Shown piece after piece: positions 39,356 through 51,344 of a stretch of 60,000 bases of DNA (the first letter of the stretch is position 1; each line of letters begins with the position of its first letter). The translations under genes and the position numbers were made by a program. The stretch is taken from positions 1,180,001 through 1,240,000 of the forward strand of contig MU054391.1 in the NCBI GenBank assembly GCA_013239625.1, read 5' to 3'. The notes under the pieces are model-generated. The model had not been told where the DNA came from. It saw only the letters and a list, made by a program, of their open reading frames with translations, and searched no databases. Source of the stretch: Lama guanicoe (lineage: Eukaryota).

Positions 39356-39649
39356 GATGCTTTGCCTGCTTTTGAGTTAACCAGTATTTTTTTTAATTTA
39401 CCTGTATCATATTAATTTCATAAACTCCCCTTCTTCCTTCAGGGGTTAGGATTATAAACTGAAGATTATGAAGTGTATTCTTGATTAATCACAGTCAAAT
39501 GTAACTTGACACTGTTCCCACTCTTAGCCAATGATATGCTCTTAGAAGACAGTAGGTCACCTGGCTCCCTGTTACTGTCCCACATTTGTAATCTCCACAT
39601 CCTTTAGGCCACATCAGCTGGTATTATTCTGGTACAGTTAATATTTGTT

Positions 39650-41150
39650 TGTATTTATCTACGTATTTCCCATTTTCTCTTTCCTTTGATTTTATTGCAT
39701 TTATTGGATTTCTGTGTTTCTCTGTAGAATCGTTTTCTTTCTTCCCAAAGAATTCTCCTTGCTACTTCTTTTCACATACATTTCCTGGCAACAGAGATGC
39801 TCAGCTTTCTCATGATGGAAACGTATTTGTTTTGCCTTCGCCTGTGAAGGCCATTTTCTCTAGACACCTCAGGTTTCCGGTTATTTCCTTTCAGCGCTTT
39901 AAAGGCGACGTTCCATTGTCTTCTGGCGTCCGTTGCTTCCGTGGGAATGTCAGCTGTTAGTATTTTTGCTCCCCCTTTCGCTCTGCCCACGTCTAAGAGT
40001 CTTCCCTCTGGCCTGGGATCTGAGCAGGTCTGTTGTGAAGTATCGGGCAGGTTTGCCTCGTGTACGGGGCCCACAGACCTTGTGTATCTATGACTTGAGT
40101 TCGATCATAAGTTTGGGAAAATTCTCAGCAGGATCTCTTTAAATACCCCTTCCCCTCAGTCTCTCTCCCTTCCTCCCAGTACTCCAAGGACCTTCCCCTG
40201 TTCCATGTGTCTCTGGTGCTAATTTCTGTGCTTTGCTTCTCTCTGCCTAAGCCTGGGTGTTTTCCACTAATCCACTGTCCCCTAATCCGATCCTCTCTTC
40301 CATGGTTTAGACTCAACTATTACTTAATTGAATCTTAGTTTCAATTATTGAAACTTTCGCTGCTGAAATTTTTAATTGATGCTTTTCTGTGGATTTGGAT
40401 TTTCTGCTTACATTCCTCATCTTTGCTTCCACATATTAACCAGGGCTGTCTTACAGTCCATGTGAGACATGCGTCTCTTTTCCTGATTTCCCTTTGTCCT
40501 TAGTTCCTTTCTTGGTTACGTCTGGTTGAGCTTCCCTGAAATGCTGGACACTGCGTGGAAAAAGCCATGGAGACTCTGGGTGACCAGTTCTTCTTTCAGA
40601 GGGGGCCTCTTTCCTGGTCCCTGAGCTGAGAGGGTGGCTGTCCTTCACTCTGTCCTGGGCTGAGACCCCGCATGACCAGGATGCAGGGCTGCTTTTCGTA
40701 TGTCTGCAGGTTTGTAAGGCTTCACGTTGTTCTTGTTTTTCTTTCTCCAGGGAAGTCCCCCCAGGTGTCCAGCTGAAACCGTAAACTATTCACTGGCATC
40801 CATCTGCCTTGTAAAATCCCAGTCGCCATTCTGCTACATCAAAAACTGCACTCTTTTCAGCCCAGAACTCCAAGGCTTGTGCTTTGCTTCTTAACACCCT
40901 GCCCTGCCCGTCCTAAGCACGTGGCAAACGCCTTCATGTTTCTGATGGAGTCCCCTGCACCTGCCTCTTCTCCGTGAGCCCACGCGCTCACGAGGTTCAC
41001 AGAGTCTAACCTCCGAGGCCCCTCCTCCCCTGAGGCCTTCAGACCTCAGGTCTTGGCCACGCACACAGCTCTCTCATGTCTCCCAAATGACTTTTTTCCC
41101 CCCAAGTCTGACTTTTCTACTTGTTTGCGATGAAGCATTGGTCTGTGGCT
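39650..41150 (-). mobile_element. Old LINE-1 ORF1/5' region
   Basis: LTADIPTEATDARRQWNVAFKALK matches the L1 ORF1 motif LTADFSxETxxARRQWxxIFKVLK. Confidence 0.8.
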
Positions 41151-41572
41151 AGCTTCTCCAACTCAGCTGCAGACAGAAATCCTCAGTTTGGTTTTACGAT
41201 GATGAAGTTCAGGGAAAGCCATGAGTGACCCAACTGGGAGGGTGACAGCAGCTGTCCTCCAGCTATTTCTGTTAGGACGGACGCCCTGAGGTCCACAGCG
41301 GCTGGCTGCCCGCTCCCAGTCACTGGCAGTCGTCCTAGCTGATCGTCACTCTGGTCCTTGAATTCCCAAGGCGAGGTCAGGACTGTCTCAGTGGATAGCC
41401 CTAGGTCTTCCTATGAAACCAAACCCACCTGCCTAACCCACTTTCAGGGCAGAGACCACTCTGTCATTTCGGTGAAACACCTGCCAACTTCAGGCAAAAA
41501 TGGGCACGGCCATTGCCTGAATGAACTCAATAGCTTTTTTCATGAAATCATGGTTCTCTTGGCTAAATTCAG

Positions 41573-41944
41573 ACTGCCTCGATGCATTGGAAGAGCTTGC
41601 ATCTCCTCCCCTAGTCCTCAGAAATGAAAAGAATCCTGCTCGTGACTGAAGGAGAGGGTCATGAAGACTATGCAAATATTTGGAAAGCAGCATAGTTGGA
41701 ACACTTGAAAGAAAAGTGCAATATAAATGATTATTTTTTAAAGCACCATATGTGGGAAATGCAATCCAGCTCTTTTAAAGAAGTGTTTTGGCGTTTCATC
41801 CCAATTTACTGATGAATGGTAACTAATGAAATGTTTGTCTGGGATTCTGAAGAGGCAACTCAATTGGCTGTACGTAGACGGATAACGTCAGACACTTCTG
41901 CTCTTGCAGACCACAGCATCTTAGATGATGATAAATGATACCAG
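41573..41944 (+). pseudogene. Linker plus dsRBD1 remnant
   Basis: KNPARD* (helix 1 start), KYLESSIVG, LLMNG (beta strand), EEATQLAVRRRI (helix 2, ~KEAEQLAAxxAL). Confidence 0.62.
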
Positions 41945-42770
41945 GTTTCAGAGCCTCTGAGCGATGTTATCTGCAGCCCCTCTGCCGCTCCTTACTACCT
42001 CCCATTTTTATTTTCTCTCCGTGAAAGAAATAACAGTTTGTTAAAGGCTTATAAATTCCAGCTCTTATCTTTTAAAACGGTTGTTCTGTTCCCTCATCTT
42101 AACATACAAATAGACTCCCCTTCTTAAGCCTTTGATAAAGAGCCAAAAGGGAAGTTCACAAGGTTTGGATAAAGCATCCTGGGCAGCACAGCCAGTGAGC
42201 AAAGACATGTGGGTAACACTACCCCCCCAGGCCCGTGAGCAGACCCTGGACATTCTCGAAGGAGGCCTGGCTCAAACTGAAGGAGATACTCAGAAAAAGG
42301 GGACAAATGAAAAGCCAGAATTCTGGGAGAGAATTTGGAATCACTGAAGAAATCTACCTGATTCTCACCAGTCATGTTGACAACAGGTGGCAGAACGTTC
42401 TCTGAAGGTGGCTTCCAGCAAGGCTACCTTCAGGTTCCCCGTGACCTTGCACCTTACCAGGTCATGACGTGGCCACTAATTAGCTGCACCACTTGGGAAG
42501 GACCTGCTGGGCCATCAGAATCTTCTTCTGGGAAGTGAGATGAACTGTGATCCCTGATTCACCTTCAGCCGTGCGCTCCTGCCGAGGGTGTGGAGTGTTA
42601 GTTCAGGAGGGGTCGGCAGGGAGCCAAGTTTCCCATCTCTTGTCACCACACTCCCCACCATCAGACCCAGATGCTCATAAGCTCGTCCTGATCGCCATTA
42701 ACTTCTCCCTCCATCCTTCCCACAGGTCTGAGCAACTTACTTAAGTGTAGCTTTTATCATGTTGCCTTTG

Positions 42771-44028
42771 CACGTGAAAAGATGCTCAGTGTCACTAATT
42801 ATGAGAGAAACACAAATCAAAACTACAATGAGATGTCACTGTACACCAGTGAGGGTGTCCATCATTCAAAAGTCTACGAATAGTAAATGCTGGAGAGGCT
42901 GTGGAGAAAGGGGAACCCTCCTGCACTGCTGGTGGGAATGTAAATTGGTGCAGCCACTGTGGAGAACAGTATGGAGTTTCCTTAAAAAACTGAAAACAGA
43001 CTTACCTTATGACTCTGCAATCCCACTCCTGGAGGAAACTCTAATTCGAAAAGACACCTGCACCCCAATGTTCATAGCAACACAATCTATGGTAGCCAAG
43101 ACATGGAAACAACCTAAATGTCCATTGACAGATGACTGGATAAGAAGTTGTGGTATAGTTATACAATGAAATACCACTCAGCCATAAAACAGAATGAAAT
43201 AATGCCATTTGCAGCAACATGGATGAACCTGAAGATTATCATTCTAAATTGAGTAAGTCAGAAAGACAAAGACAAACAGATGATGTGACTTATATGTGGA
43301 ATCTAAAATATGATACAGATGAACTTAATTATAAAACAGAAATGGGAGATTGCCAAGATTGCAGAGGAGGATGCATGGCTCGCCCTCTCCCACAAATACA
43401 TCAAAGATGCTTCTGAAACTGAGCGGCTCACACGGAATAGCCAACGACCTGTGGCAGAATCTCTCTTGCTTTGGAAATACAAGAAAATCCTCACAAAACC
43501 AGATAAACAACAAGTTTCTTCTGTACAGCACAGGGAATTATGTTCAATGTCTTGCAGTAACCTATAATGAAGAAGAATATGAAAATGAATGTATGTATGT
43601 GTACGTATGACTGAAACACAAAGCTGTGCACTAGAAACTGACACAGCATTGTAAACTGACTATACCGCAATTAAAAAAAAACAAATTAAAGGATCAAACA
43701 TAAAAAAAAAAGAAACCAAACAGAAACAGACTCACAGACAGAGAAAACAAACTTACTGTCACCAAAGGGGACAGGGGGAGGAAGGGATAAATTGGCGCTT
43801 TGGGATTCGCAGATACAAACTACTGTATGTAAAATAGATAAACAACAAGGTCCTACGGTACAGCACAGGGAGTTGCATTCAGTGTTTTGTAATAGCCTAT
43901 AATGGAAAAGAATAGGAAAAAGAAAATGTATTTGTATATGTGTAACTGAATCAGTGTGTGGTACCCCAGAAACTAACACAACCTTGTGAATCAACTGTCT
44001 TTCAATAAAAAAATCAAATAAAAATAAA
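42771..44028 (+). mobile_element. Cetartiodactyl/camelid LINE-1 3' portion hosting a nested insertion
   Basis: ORF2 C-terminus [25 protein letters not shown]; the 3'UTR resumes at 43718 after the insertion. Confidence 0.95.
43343..43717 (+). mobile_element. Internally deleted, probably spliced, L1 retrocopy: 5'UTR start joined to 3' terminus plus A-rich tail
   Basis: TSD aaacagaaa (43334-43342 / 43718-43726); L1 5' start gccaagattgcagag...ctctcccacaaatac; junction at 43502/43503 to ataaacaacaag. Confidence 0.75.
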
Positions 44029-44744
44029 TTGCGTGACCTTTCTTCTTTAAAGTCGCCCTCCTGTGCTGGCCCTCTCTTCCAGGTTCCTCTCAGTGCGCAC
44101 TCCCCTCCCCTGTGGCCACCTTCAACTCTAAATTAATCTCCTGGCTTTGGCACAATCTTTCCTCCACCCCCTTCCTCCCACTGTTTCTTCCGCCCCAGTA
44201 TCCTCCCCTCCCTCTCTGCTTATCAATAATCAATGCCTCTTCCAGTCCTAAATGCAGCTCCTGTCTGCTTCGTGACAGCTGACCCTAGCATTTTTTAAGG
44301 TAGTGTTTGTTGATGTTCTGTTATCTTCTGTCCAGAAGGCCCCAAACATTTGCTTTCAGAGAAGCCTTTTCTATCCCAAGAAAATGTAAAAAATAGGACT
44401 TGTTAAGTGTTGTCACATTTATTTTACAATAAAAATTAATATTCAAAACCTTAAGAAGGTAGGTCAGATCTGTCACCCCCCCCCAGAGTCCTTCCAACCC
44501 CACAGAGACGGAAAGAGAACTCTGTCAGCCGTGAGCATGGTCCCAGGTGTGCGGGTCTGAGCTTGTGGTCTTGGACCTGTATTTAGAGGTGCGACTGAGA
44601 AGAAGATAATGATCTCCTTTTCCTCACCATGTTTATCCGTGAAATTCCAGAAGGAGTAGTGGAGGCAGTTTTTAAGACCCTGCATGTTAGGACGATGAAC
44701 AATGAGAATCAGAAGAAATGTGCTTAGACAGTGTCACTGGTGAT

Positions 44745-45330
44745 CTGCCCTCATGTAACAGATTGTCACAGACTTAGCATCTCAAAACAACTCGCATTTA
44801 TCACCTCCCAGTGCCAGCCGTCGGGGGTCTGGGCTGGCTGAGCCGGCCCTCTGCCCAGGGTCCCCCCAGGCTGCAGTCACGGTTTCAGCTGAGTGTGTTC
44901 CTTTCTGGATTCGGGTCTCCTGCGAGCGCACATGGTTATTGTCAGAATTTAGCTCCTTGTGACTGCGGGACTGACGTCAGCCAAGGGGGCCCTCACCTCC
45001 CAGAGGCGCCCGCAGCTCCCTCCTCACAAGGCGGCAGCTGGCTTCTCAAGGCCAGCAGGTGACTCTGCTGCTTCCAGTCTCTGAACCCCGGAGGGTCCAC
45101 GCCCCTTTGGAAAGGGCTCTCCTGATTAGGCCAGGCCCACCAGGGTGGTCTTCTCGATTCACTCTAAGTCAACCTGATTAGGGATCTTATTACATCTGAG
45201 ACATTTCTTCACCTTTTCCATAGCCTGCAACACAGTCCCACTGTCTTTACCTGCCTGTTGGTTACAAGGATGTCACAGAGCCTGCCCACGTGAGGGGAGG
45301 GGGCTGTTAAGAGCAGGACTCACTGGGGGT
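44745..45330 (-). mobile_element. MaLR MLT1 LTR
   Basis: tgtaacagattgtcacagacttagc...ctcctgattaggccaggcccacc...gattagggatcttattacatctg. Confidence 0.8.
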
Positions 45331-48300
45331 CTCCCTGGGGTGTGTCCATGATGGAACAAGCAATCACTCAACATGGATGTGACATGTAAATAAACATCAC
45401 AGGAGCAAAAATGGTAAATTTGGGGCATGGAGGCTGGGAAGGAAAACTAACATTTACTCGGAGGCTTCTGGCGCTCACCCTCCTCACGAGCCTCCTGACG
45501 TCACCAGGTTACTTCACCCACACACCACCGCCGCCACTCAGAGCAGCACGTCCTGATTTTACGGCCAAGAAATTGAGTCTCAGTGCAAACTGGAAACCTG
45601 CCAGGGGAGCGGGTGTGCCAGTCGAGGGACCTGCTGTTCTTGGAGACCGTCCTGGCCTCGGTCGAGGATGCCTGCCCAGTGGGACAGCGTCCGCCCCGAG
45701 CTGCACACCAGACCCTGACCTGGGTGAGCACCCATCCACCCTCCCGCGGGGAAGGGCCGTCGGAAGGTCACCTGCGCGGGCCTGCAGGTGGCTCTAAAGG
45801 TCTAAAGGTGTCGGAGGCTGCTTCACGTGACGGGCTGTTACTACTTTCATGGCAGTGAAATCCTTGAACAAAGTCAACCGTCTTAAGGTGCACATTTCGG
45901 AGCCCCTCTGCTCCTTCTCGTTGTCGTGCCACCAGTTGGGGTACTTTCTGCTCAGACGGGCCCTCCCCCCACCTCCAGGGCAGCATCACTGGTCAGGGGC
46001 AGGGCAGGGAGCGTCTTCCGCTCACCTGGACCCCACTTGTAATCAGGGGACCACCGTGAGTGTCAGGAGGAACTCCAGGGAGGGCTTCTCCAGGCCGAGT
46101 GGCGAGAAGAGGTTCTGAAGGCTGGGTGGATGGATGCGGAAGTTCCTGGAGCCCGCGAGAGCCCGGGCCCTGGGCCGGCGGGGACCCCTCGTTCCCGGGG
46201 GCGGCTGGGGCGGAGGCCCCGCTGACGCACGGCGCCGTCTGCTCGGTGCAGAACGATGCTCCTCGCTTTCTGGAGAGGAGCCGGGCTTCAGGGAGGAGCA
46301 ACAGGACTGGCTCTGCGGCAGGAGGGGCCTGGGCACCCCACGGACCCCCGCCTCATCGCAGCAAAAGCGTGAAACTGCACACTGGCCCTGGCCTGACCTC
46401 CCACATTCCTGTGCTTTTCCCCCAGGCTGTTACCGGCGTCTGAAAGGGGATGTCAGCCTCTTGCCTGATTTCCGTTTTCATCTCCACCCACTTGGATGAG
46501 CCGCGCATGTTTGTGCCTGTCAACTTGCCAGCCCAGCGCTGTGTTTTCTGGGGAAATCTGTGCTCTGTATTTATCATATTCTCCGTAGACATGAAAGCCT
46601 TGCCTTTTCCACGTGGGGGCTGTGAAGAGGAAAATAAATACACAGATAAAATATAGCCCTGGCTCAGTATTCCAGGTGCCGTGCGTGCACCGACGCTGGT
46701 TTCTGAAACAGGAAAGACAGGCTTCAGTCTCCCCGCTGGGGGCACCTGGGGGGAGCTTTAAGGCCCTTGCTGTGGGGGCGGGGGGTGGGAGGCGGGGAGG
46801 CTGACCCTGTGGTCCTCAGGACGCCTCGAGCCGGAGTCCCGTCTCACAAATGAGAAGAACAAAGCTCGGAAGGTCACCCAGGAGCAGCTGGAGTGGCCCT
46901 GCCCCAGCGCGGGGTCTGGAAGTCCTTGGCAGAAGCCCTGGCCCGCCTCCGGCCGCCTCCTGCCCCTCTGCTCCATCTGTGCGAGTCCCCCGCGTGACCC
47001 CTCGCTGGAGCAAGGGGAAGATCGTTTTCCCCCGGAGCACATGAAACGTGGTTTATGGCTGCGGCAGGGAGCGCTCTCCGAGAGCCTCTAAATTACCGTG
47101 CTCTCTGAAACATGCGCGCATGAATAATAGATCCAGGCCAGATGCACCGCGCCTTCTGTGCAATTTCTCAAGGCCCCTCAAGAGCCTCTCAGGGGTGCTT
47201 GCCGAGGTCACAGCCTACTTGAGCTATTCCGGGAGAGACAGAGCTCTCTGCAGGTGGAGATGAAACGCCAGGGAAGAAACACTGTTCCCCCCCAGCGCCG
47301 GCCTCACACTGCAAATGGCTGAGGCCAGGGAGGGGGCGGGAGGGGGGCGGCCCCACTCCCACCCGTGAGCCAGAGTGCGGCTGGGGGTCTGCACTCCTTG
47401 GTGCCTTAATCCTCCCCATCAGCAACGTGGGCGTGACCCGCTTGGCAAGACGTGGGACAGAAACCCAGACCTCCCTCCTGGCCCGGAGGCCGGACGCCTT
47501 CCACGAGCACATGTCACAGCAAAAAGAGAAAATTACAAATCTGAGAGTGAGACGTGCCGGCTGCCCTCCAGGAAAGCTGGGGCTTCGTGCTGGCCCCATG
47601 CTGGGCTCGGCGACCTTGAGCCTGTCAGCGATATTCCTGGAGGGCAGACATCTCAGTGTCCCCATGTAGACACGGATGAGAGGCCATCCCGGATCCCAGG
47701 TCAGAAATGACACAGTAGATGAAACACGAAGGCACCTGGAGGAGACCGTGGCTCCAGCCCCAGCAGGGGCACCGAAGGCTTCCCCTGACCTCATTCTCAG
47801 AGAGAGGGTGCACACCACTGACTTGCTGTCGTCGGCACGTGGCCTCCCCGACTCCCCTGTAAGTCCAGCCACAGGCTGGGAAGGAAGTGGGGGCCCGCGC
47901 TGTCCTCCGGGTGTGTGTGCACAGCCACGTGCTGCACCCCACGCTCCAGGGCCACCACGAGCGTCCGCCCCAGACACCCCGCCCCCTCCGGGGAGCCCTC
48001 GGGCAAAGGGGACTTTGCAGATGCGGTGAAGTCAAGGGTCTAGAGGTGGAAGATGATCCTGACTGTCTGGTGGGCCCACTACAACCACGGGGTCTCCACG
48101 GGGGGTGGGGAGTCAGAGGACGTGATGTGACAAGGAGAGGGGTTGGAGGGGTCACGCCCGAGGAGGGTGGGCAGCTGCAGGCAGCTGACCCGCGGAGCGC
48201 GACTCGTCACCACACACCAGCCTCCAGTTCAGGTACGCTGTTTGCTCTGAGGGGACAGCCTCCCTCCAGGCGCCAGCTGTGGTCGCTTCTCCCCTGTGAA

Positions 48301-48429
48301 GGTTCCCCATGAATCCCAGCAGGGCTGGGCTCCTCCTCCCCTGCAGGCCCCGGGCAGCGTCCCCACGGCCCCCCGACATGGCGAGTTGTCATCTGGGGTC
48401 CCCTCTGAGCGCTGGGGCAGCCCCGGCTC

Positions 48430-48498
48430 TCTGTCTCTAACACTGTCTGTCTCTCTGTCTCTCCCTCTCTCTCCCTCTGTCTCTCTGTCTCTCAGTCT
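48430..48498. repeat. (CT/CTGT)n simple repeat
   Basis: ctgtctctctgtctctccctctctccctctgtctctctgtct. Confidence 0.8.
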
Positions 48499-51344
48499 GC
48501 ATGTCCTCAGATGTGAGCACAGGGTTTCTATCCAGTTCCGGTGAGTCTCGGGGAGACGGCCCGCGGCTCTGCGCTGGGTCTCTGCTCCTCGGGAGAGCCT
48601 GGGCCCAGCTGCACGCGGTCAGGGAAGTCTCTCCCCCAAGATCCTATGTGCTGTCCCTGCTTTCAGCATCTCTGGGGACTCCCGCATGTGGCCTCTCCCT
48701 GGTTTAGCTGCAAAGGCCCCATGCTCTCTCTGATCATTCCAAACGGTGGAAAACCTCTGTGGGCTGGATAAAACCAGAATAAACTTAAAGAGCTTAAACT
48801 TTTAAGGCAAGCCAACATTATATCAGAGTTAAGTCACAGGCATGTGTCTCCAAATTAAGCAAGAGTATCCAGGAAGTGGTCACCTGTCTAGAAAATTTAG
48901 AAATATATACCAAAAAAGTTTGGTTTGTTAGAAAGTGTATTTCAGTGAGAAAGAGAGACTATAGTGTATTAATTTCTGATGTAATGCCGTAAAAGCAAGG
49001 TTTAACTGAGGAAAATTCTAAATTAAAATATTTTTTGTACATTACAGAGGATAAATCTCACTACTGACTATGTTATATTTATCCTCATTTCAGCAATTTA
49101 ATTTACATGCAGTTTAAGCCCAGCCAGTAATAATAGTTGGAAGAATGTTATCTCTTTAGATACCCATAAATGCAGATTGTTTTATATGAGCCTAGGGAAT
49201 AAGAAAATTTCAGAACAATTTTTTCTTTTGCTCAAATTTGGAAAACATATTAGGAAGCGTATAAAAGTCAGGGCACATTTCCAGAAAACCATGAAATAAA
49301 AGCAACAGGCTGTGGTGTGAAAGCCCCCGCAGCCTCACCGCTGGGCCCGCGCTGACACGTGGCACCTCTCAGTTCTCCCCGCCGCCTGCCAACCCCAGCG
49401 CGGCAGTGACTGTGGCCACAGCCCCACCCAGGGCGAAGCTTCCAGGCACAGCACTGGCATGGATGGCAGCCAGGGACAGAGCCCAGTGCAGCTGCCAGTT
49501 CACCCCCACTGGCCACCCTAGAGGGTTAGGGAAGGTTGTGTCTCAGTGGCCACAGGGCAGCTCAGGCCACGGGACACTGGTCTTAGACCCAAAGCCCAAC
49601 GCCGTTGGCTAGAGGGAGTGGGCTCCAGGCGGGGTCACTGGCTCCCATGCAGGCGAGCCTGACCTCCTCGGCGCTGGACCCGAAATGCCTGTCCCGGTGG
49701 AGCTGAGCTGGCTGGGGACCTGCACAAACCGTGCCTCCTGCGAGAAACTCCCCATTTCCACTGGCCAGACTGGCTTCTGTCTGAGGAAGCGCACTGGACC
49801 ACCCGGCCTCTCCTGCTCGCCCCGGGCGTCTGCCCAGCGTGGCTGCCTCTGCCCGGGGCTCTCTGGTGCTGGGGACTGGCCATGCTCTGGTCTGATCTCT
49901 TCCCGTCCTCGGAGGGGACCTGGAGGTCAGACCAGCCTCTTCTTGGCTGCCGGCATCAGGGAAGTCCAGGGAAGTCAGTAGCGTGTCCAGAAAGTTCACA
50001 CCACAGTGTCCGAGTCAGAATGGACCACCTTCCTGGGGTCGACGTCAGCCCCACGGGGCCACGTGACTCGGGGAGGGCAGGGGTCAGGCAGGCCAGACGG
50101 GGGTCCTCCTCCAGCCCGTGGGGGCCCTCGGCAGTGGTGTTCCCACTGGGAAGCAGGTGTGGTGACCGGAGGAGGGACCCATGGGAGGCCGGACCGAAAC
50201 ACTGGTCACATGGGAAAGGAGGCCCCAGCGACCCTGACACTTGTCACAGCCACTGTCTCCAGGAGCCCGGGGTTGGGGTACAAGTGGACACGAAGGGGCT
50301 TGGAAATTAGAGAGAACTGGGTTCCAACCCCCTTTCTACAACACATTCTGTGGGACTTCTTTGAGATTCACTTCTGTTCTCTGCAAAATGAAGTTCAAAA
50401 GGACCTATTTTCAGAGTTGTTGATGAACGTCAGCGTTCATTAATTGTCCCCGCGTGCCAAGTGTTTACATACGTTGTCTTATTTCTTCAAGGCGCCAGGG
50501 CTGGGGAGCGCTGGGACAGAGACGCGTGCCCGTCCGCACCGGGAGGGCCACCCTCCTCACGGGGTCATCAGGCAGGGGCTAACCTGCAGAAGCACCTGCG
50601 CAGACACACCAGAAATGCGCTCCCCGGCTCCCGGGGTCCCTCAGCCCAGCCAGACCGACACGTGCCATTAACCACCACAGAGACTTGTTTTCTTAAATTT
50701 GTTTTTCTTTTCAAATTAAGATACAGTTTACCTGCCGTTCTAGAGGTTTTTAAATCTAGACAGAGAGAGAAATAGTTCTCTCAGGTCATGAAGTAGTAGA
50801 CTTCAGAGCAGGAAGTGGCAGGGCCGTCGCACCAGCTCCTGGAGAAGCTGATACAAGAGCAGGAACCCGAAGTCCAGGAGAGCATGTGTGTTCACCTGCG
50901 TGTGCTCATCTGGGTGTGTTCACCCGCGTGTGTTCACCTGGCCTTCCTGCAGGTGGGTCACGGGAGCCACGAAAGCCCCTGTTGGAGGCTAACTGAGCTT
51001 CAGTGGGTTTTCGTCTCCTGCAAGGGTTCTGTAAGTCCTCAGAGGTGCATTTTATTATAATTTATCAACAGTAATCCCGACGCCTGTCATCTGTGCCCCG
51101 GCTCACGTGTGACCACATGAAACAGCATCCTTTTTGCTCAGGACACTCTCCTGCTGTCTCTGTAGCCATCACTCCTTTCCCCCTCTAAGATCTGTTTTTA
51201 ATGAAACCTTTTCTGACAGTCTTTTCTGTGGACTCCCTTCCTCCTGCCCACTAAGTCTGTATCGCTACATGACATTCACGTCCATCAGATCAGTTATCGC
51301 AAGTTGTTTATTTGTTTATACAATTGTTATCTGTCTCTCCGTAT

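Larger units (their letters stand above)
34030..44727 (+). pseudogene. Decayed multi-exon Dicer-like gene: RNase IIIa + RNase IIIb + two dsRBDs
   Basis: Exon-like blocks ~34030-34280 (tentative), ~35050-35115 (tentative), 35591-35669, 36282-36428, 36800-37050, 37365-37587, 37743-37840, 41573-41944, 42129-42386, 44587-44727. Motifs fall in Dicer order and several junctions are phase-consistent; stops and frameshifts throughout. Confidence 0.75.
42129..44727 (+). pseudogene. dsRBD2 remnant (two exons split by an L1-filled intron) and terminal stop
   Basis: AWLKLKEILRKRG...YLILTSHVDNR|GATEKKIMISFSSPCLSVK(fs)...VVEAVFKTL; phase-2 junction; TAG at 44725. Confidence 0.65.

Noticed and set aside
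42140..42180. KGKFTRFG*S resembling the DICER1 dsRBD motif KGKFKGVGRS
   Set aside because: Falls between the two better-supported dsRBDs; probably coincidental.
34030..44727. Processed DICER1 pseudogene
   Set aside because: Introns are present, similarity is motif-level only, and there are two dsRBDs.
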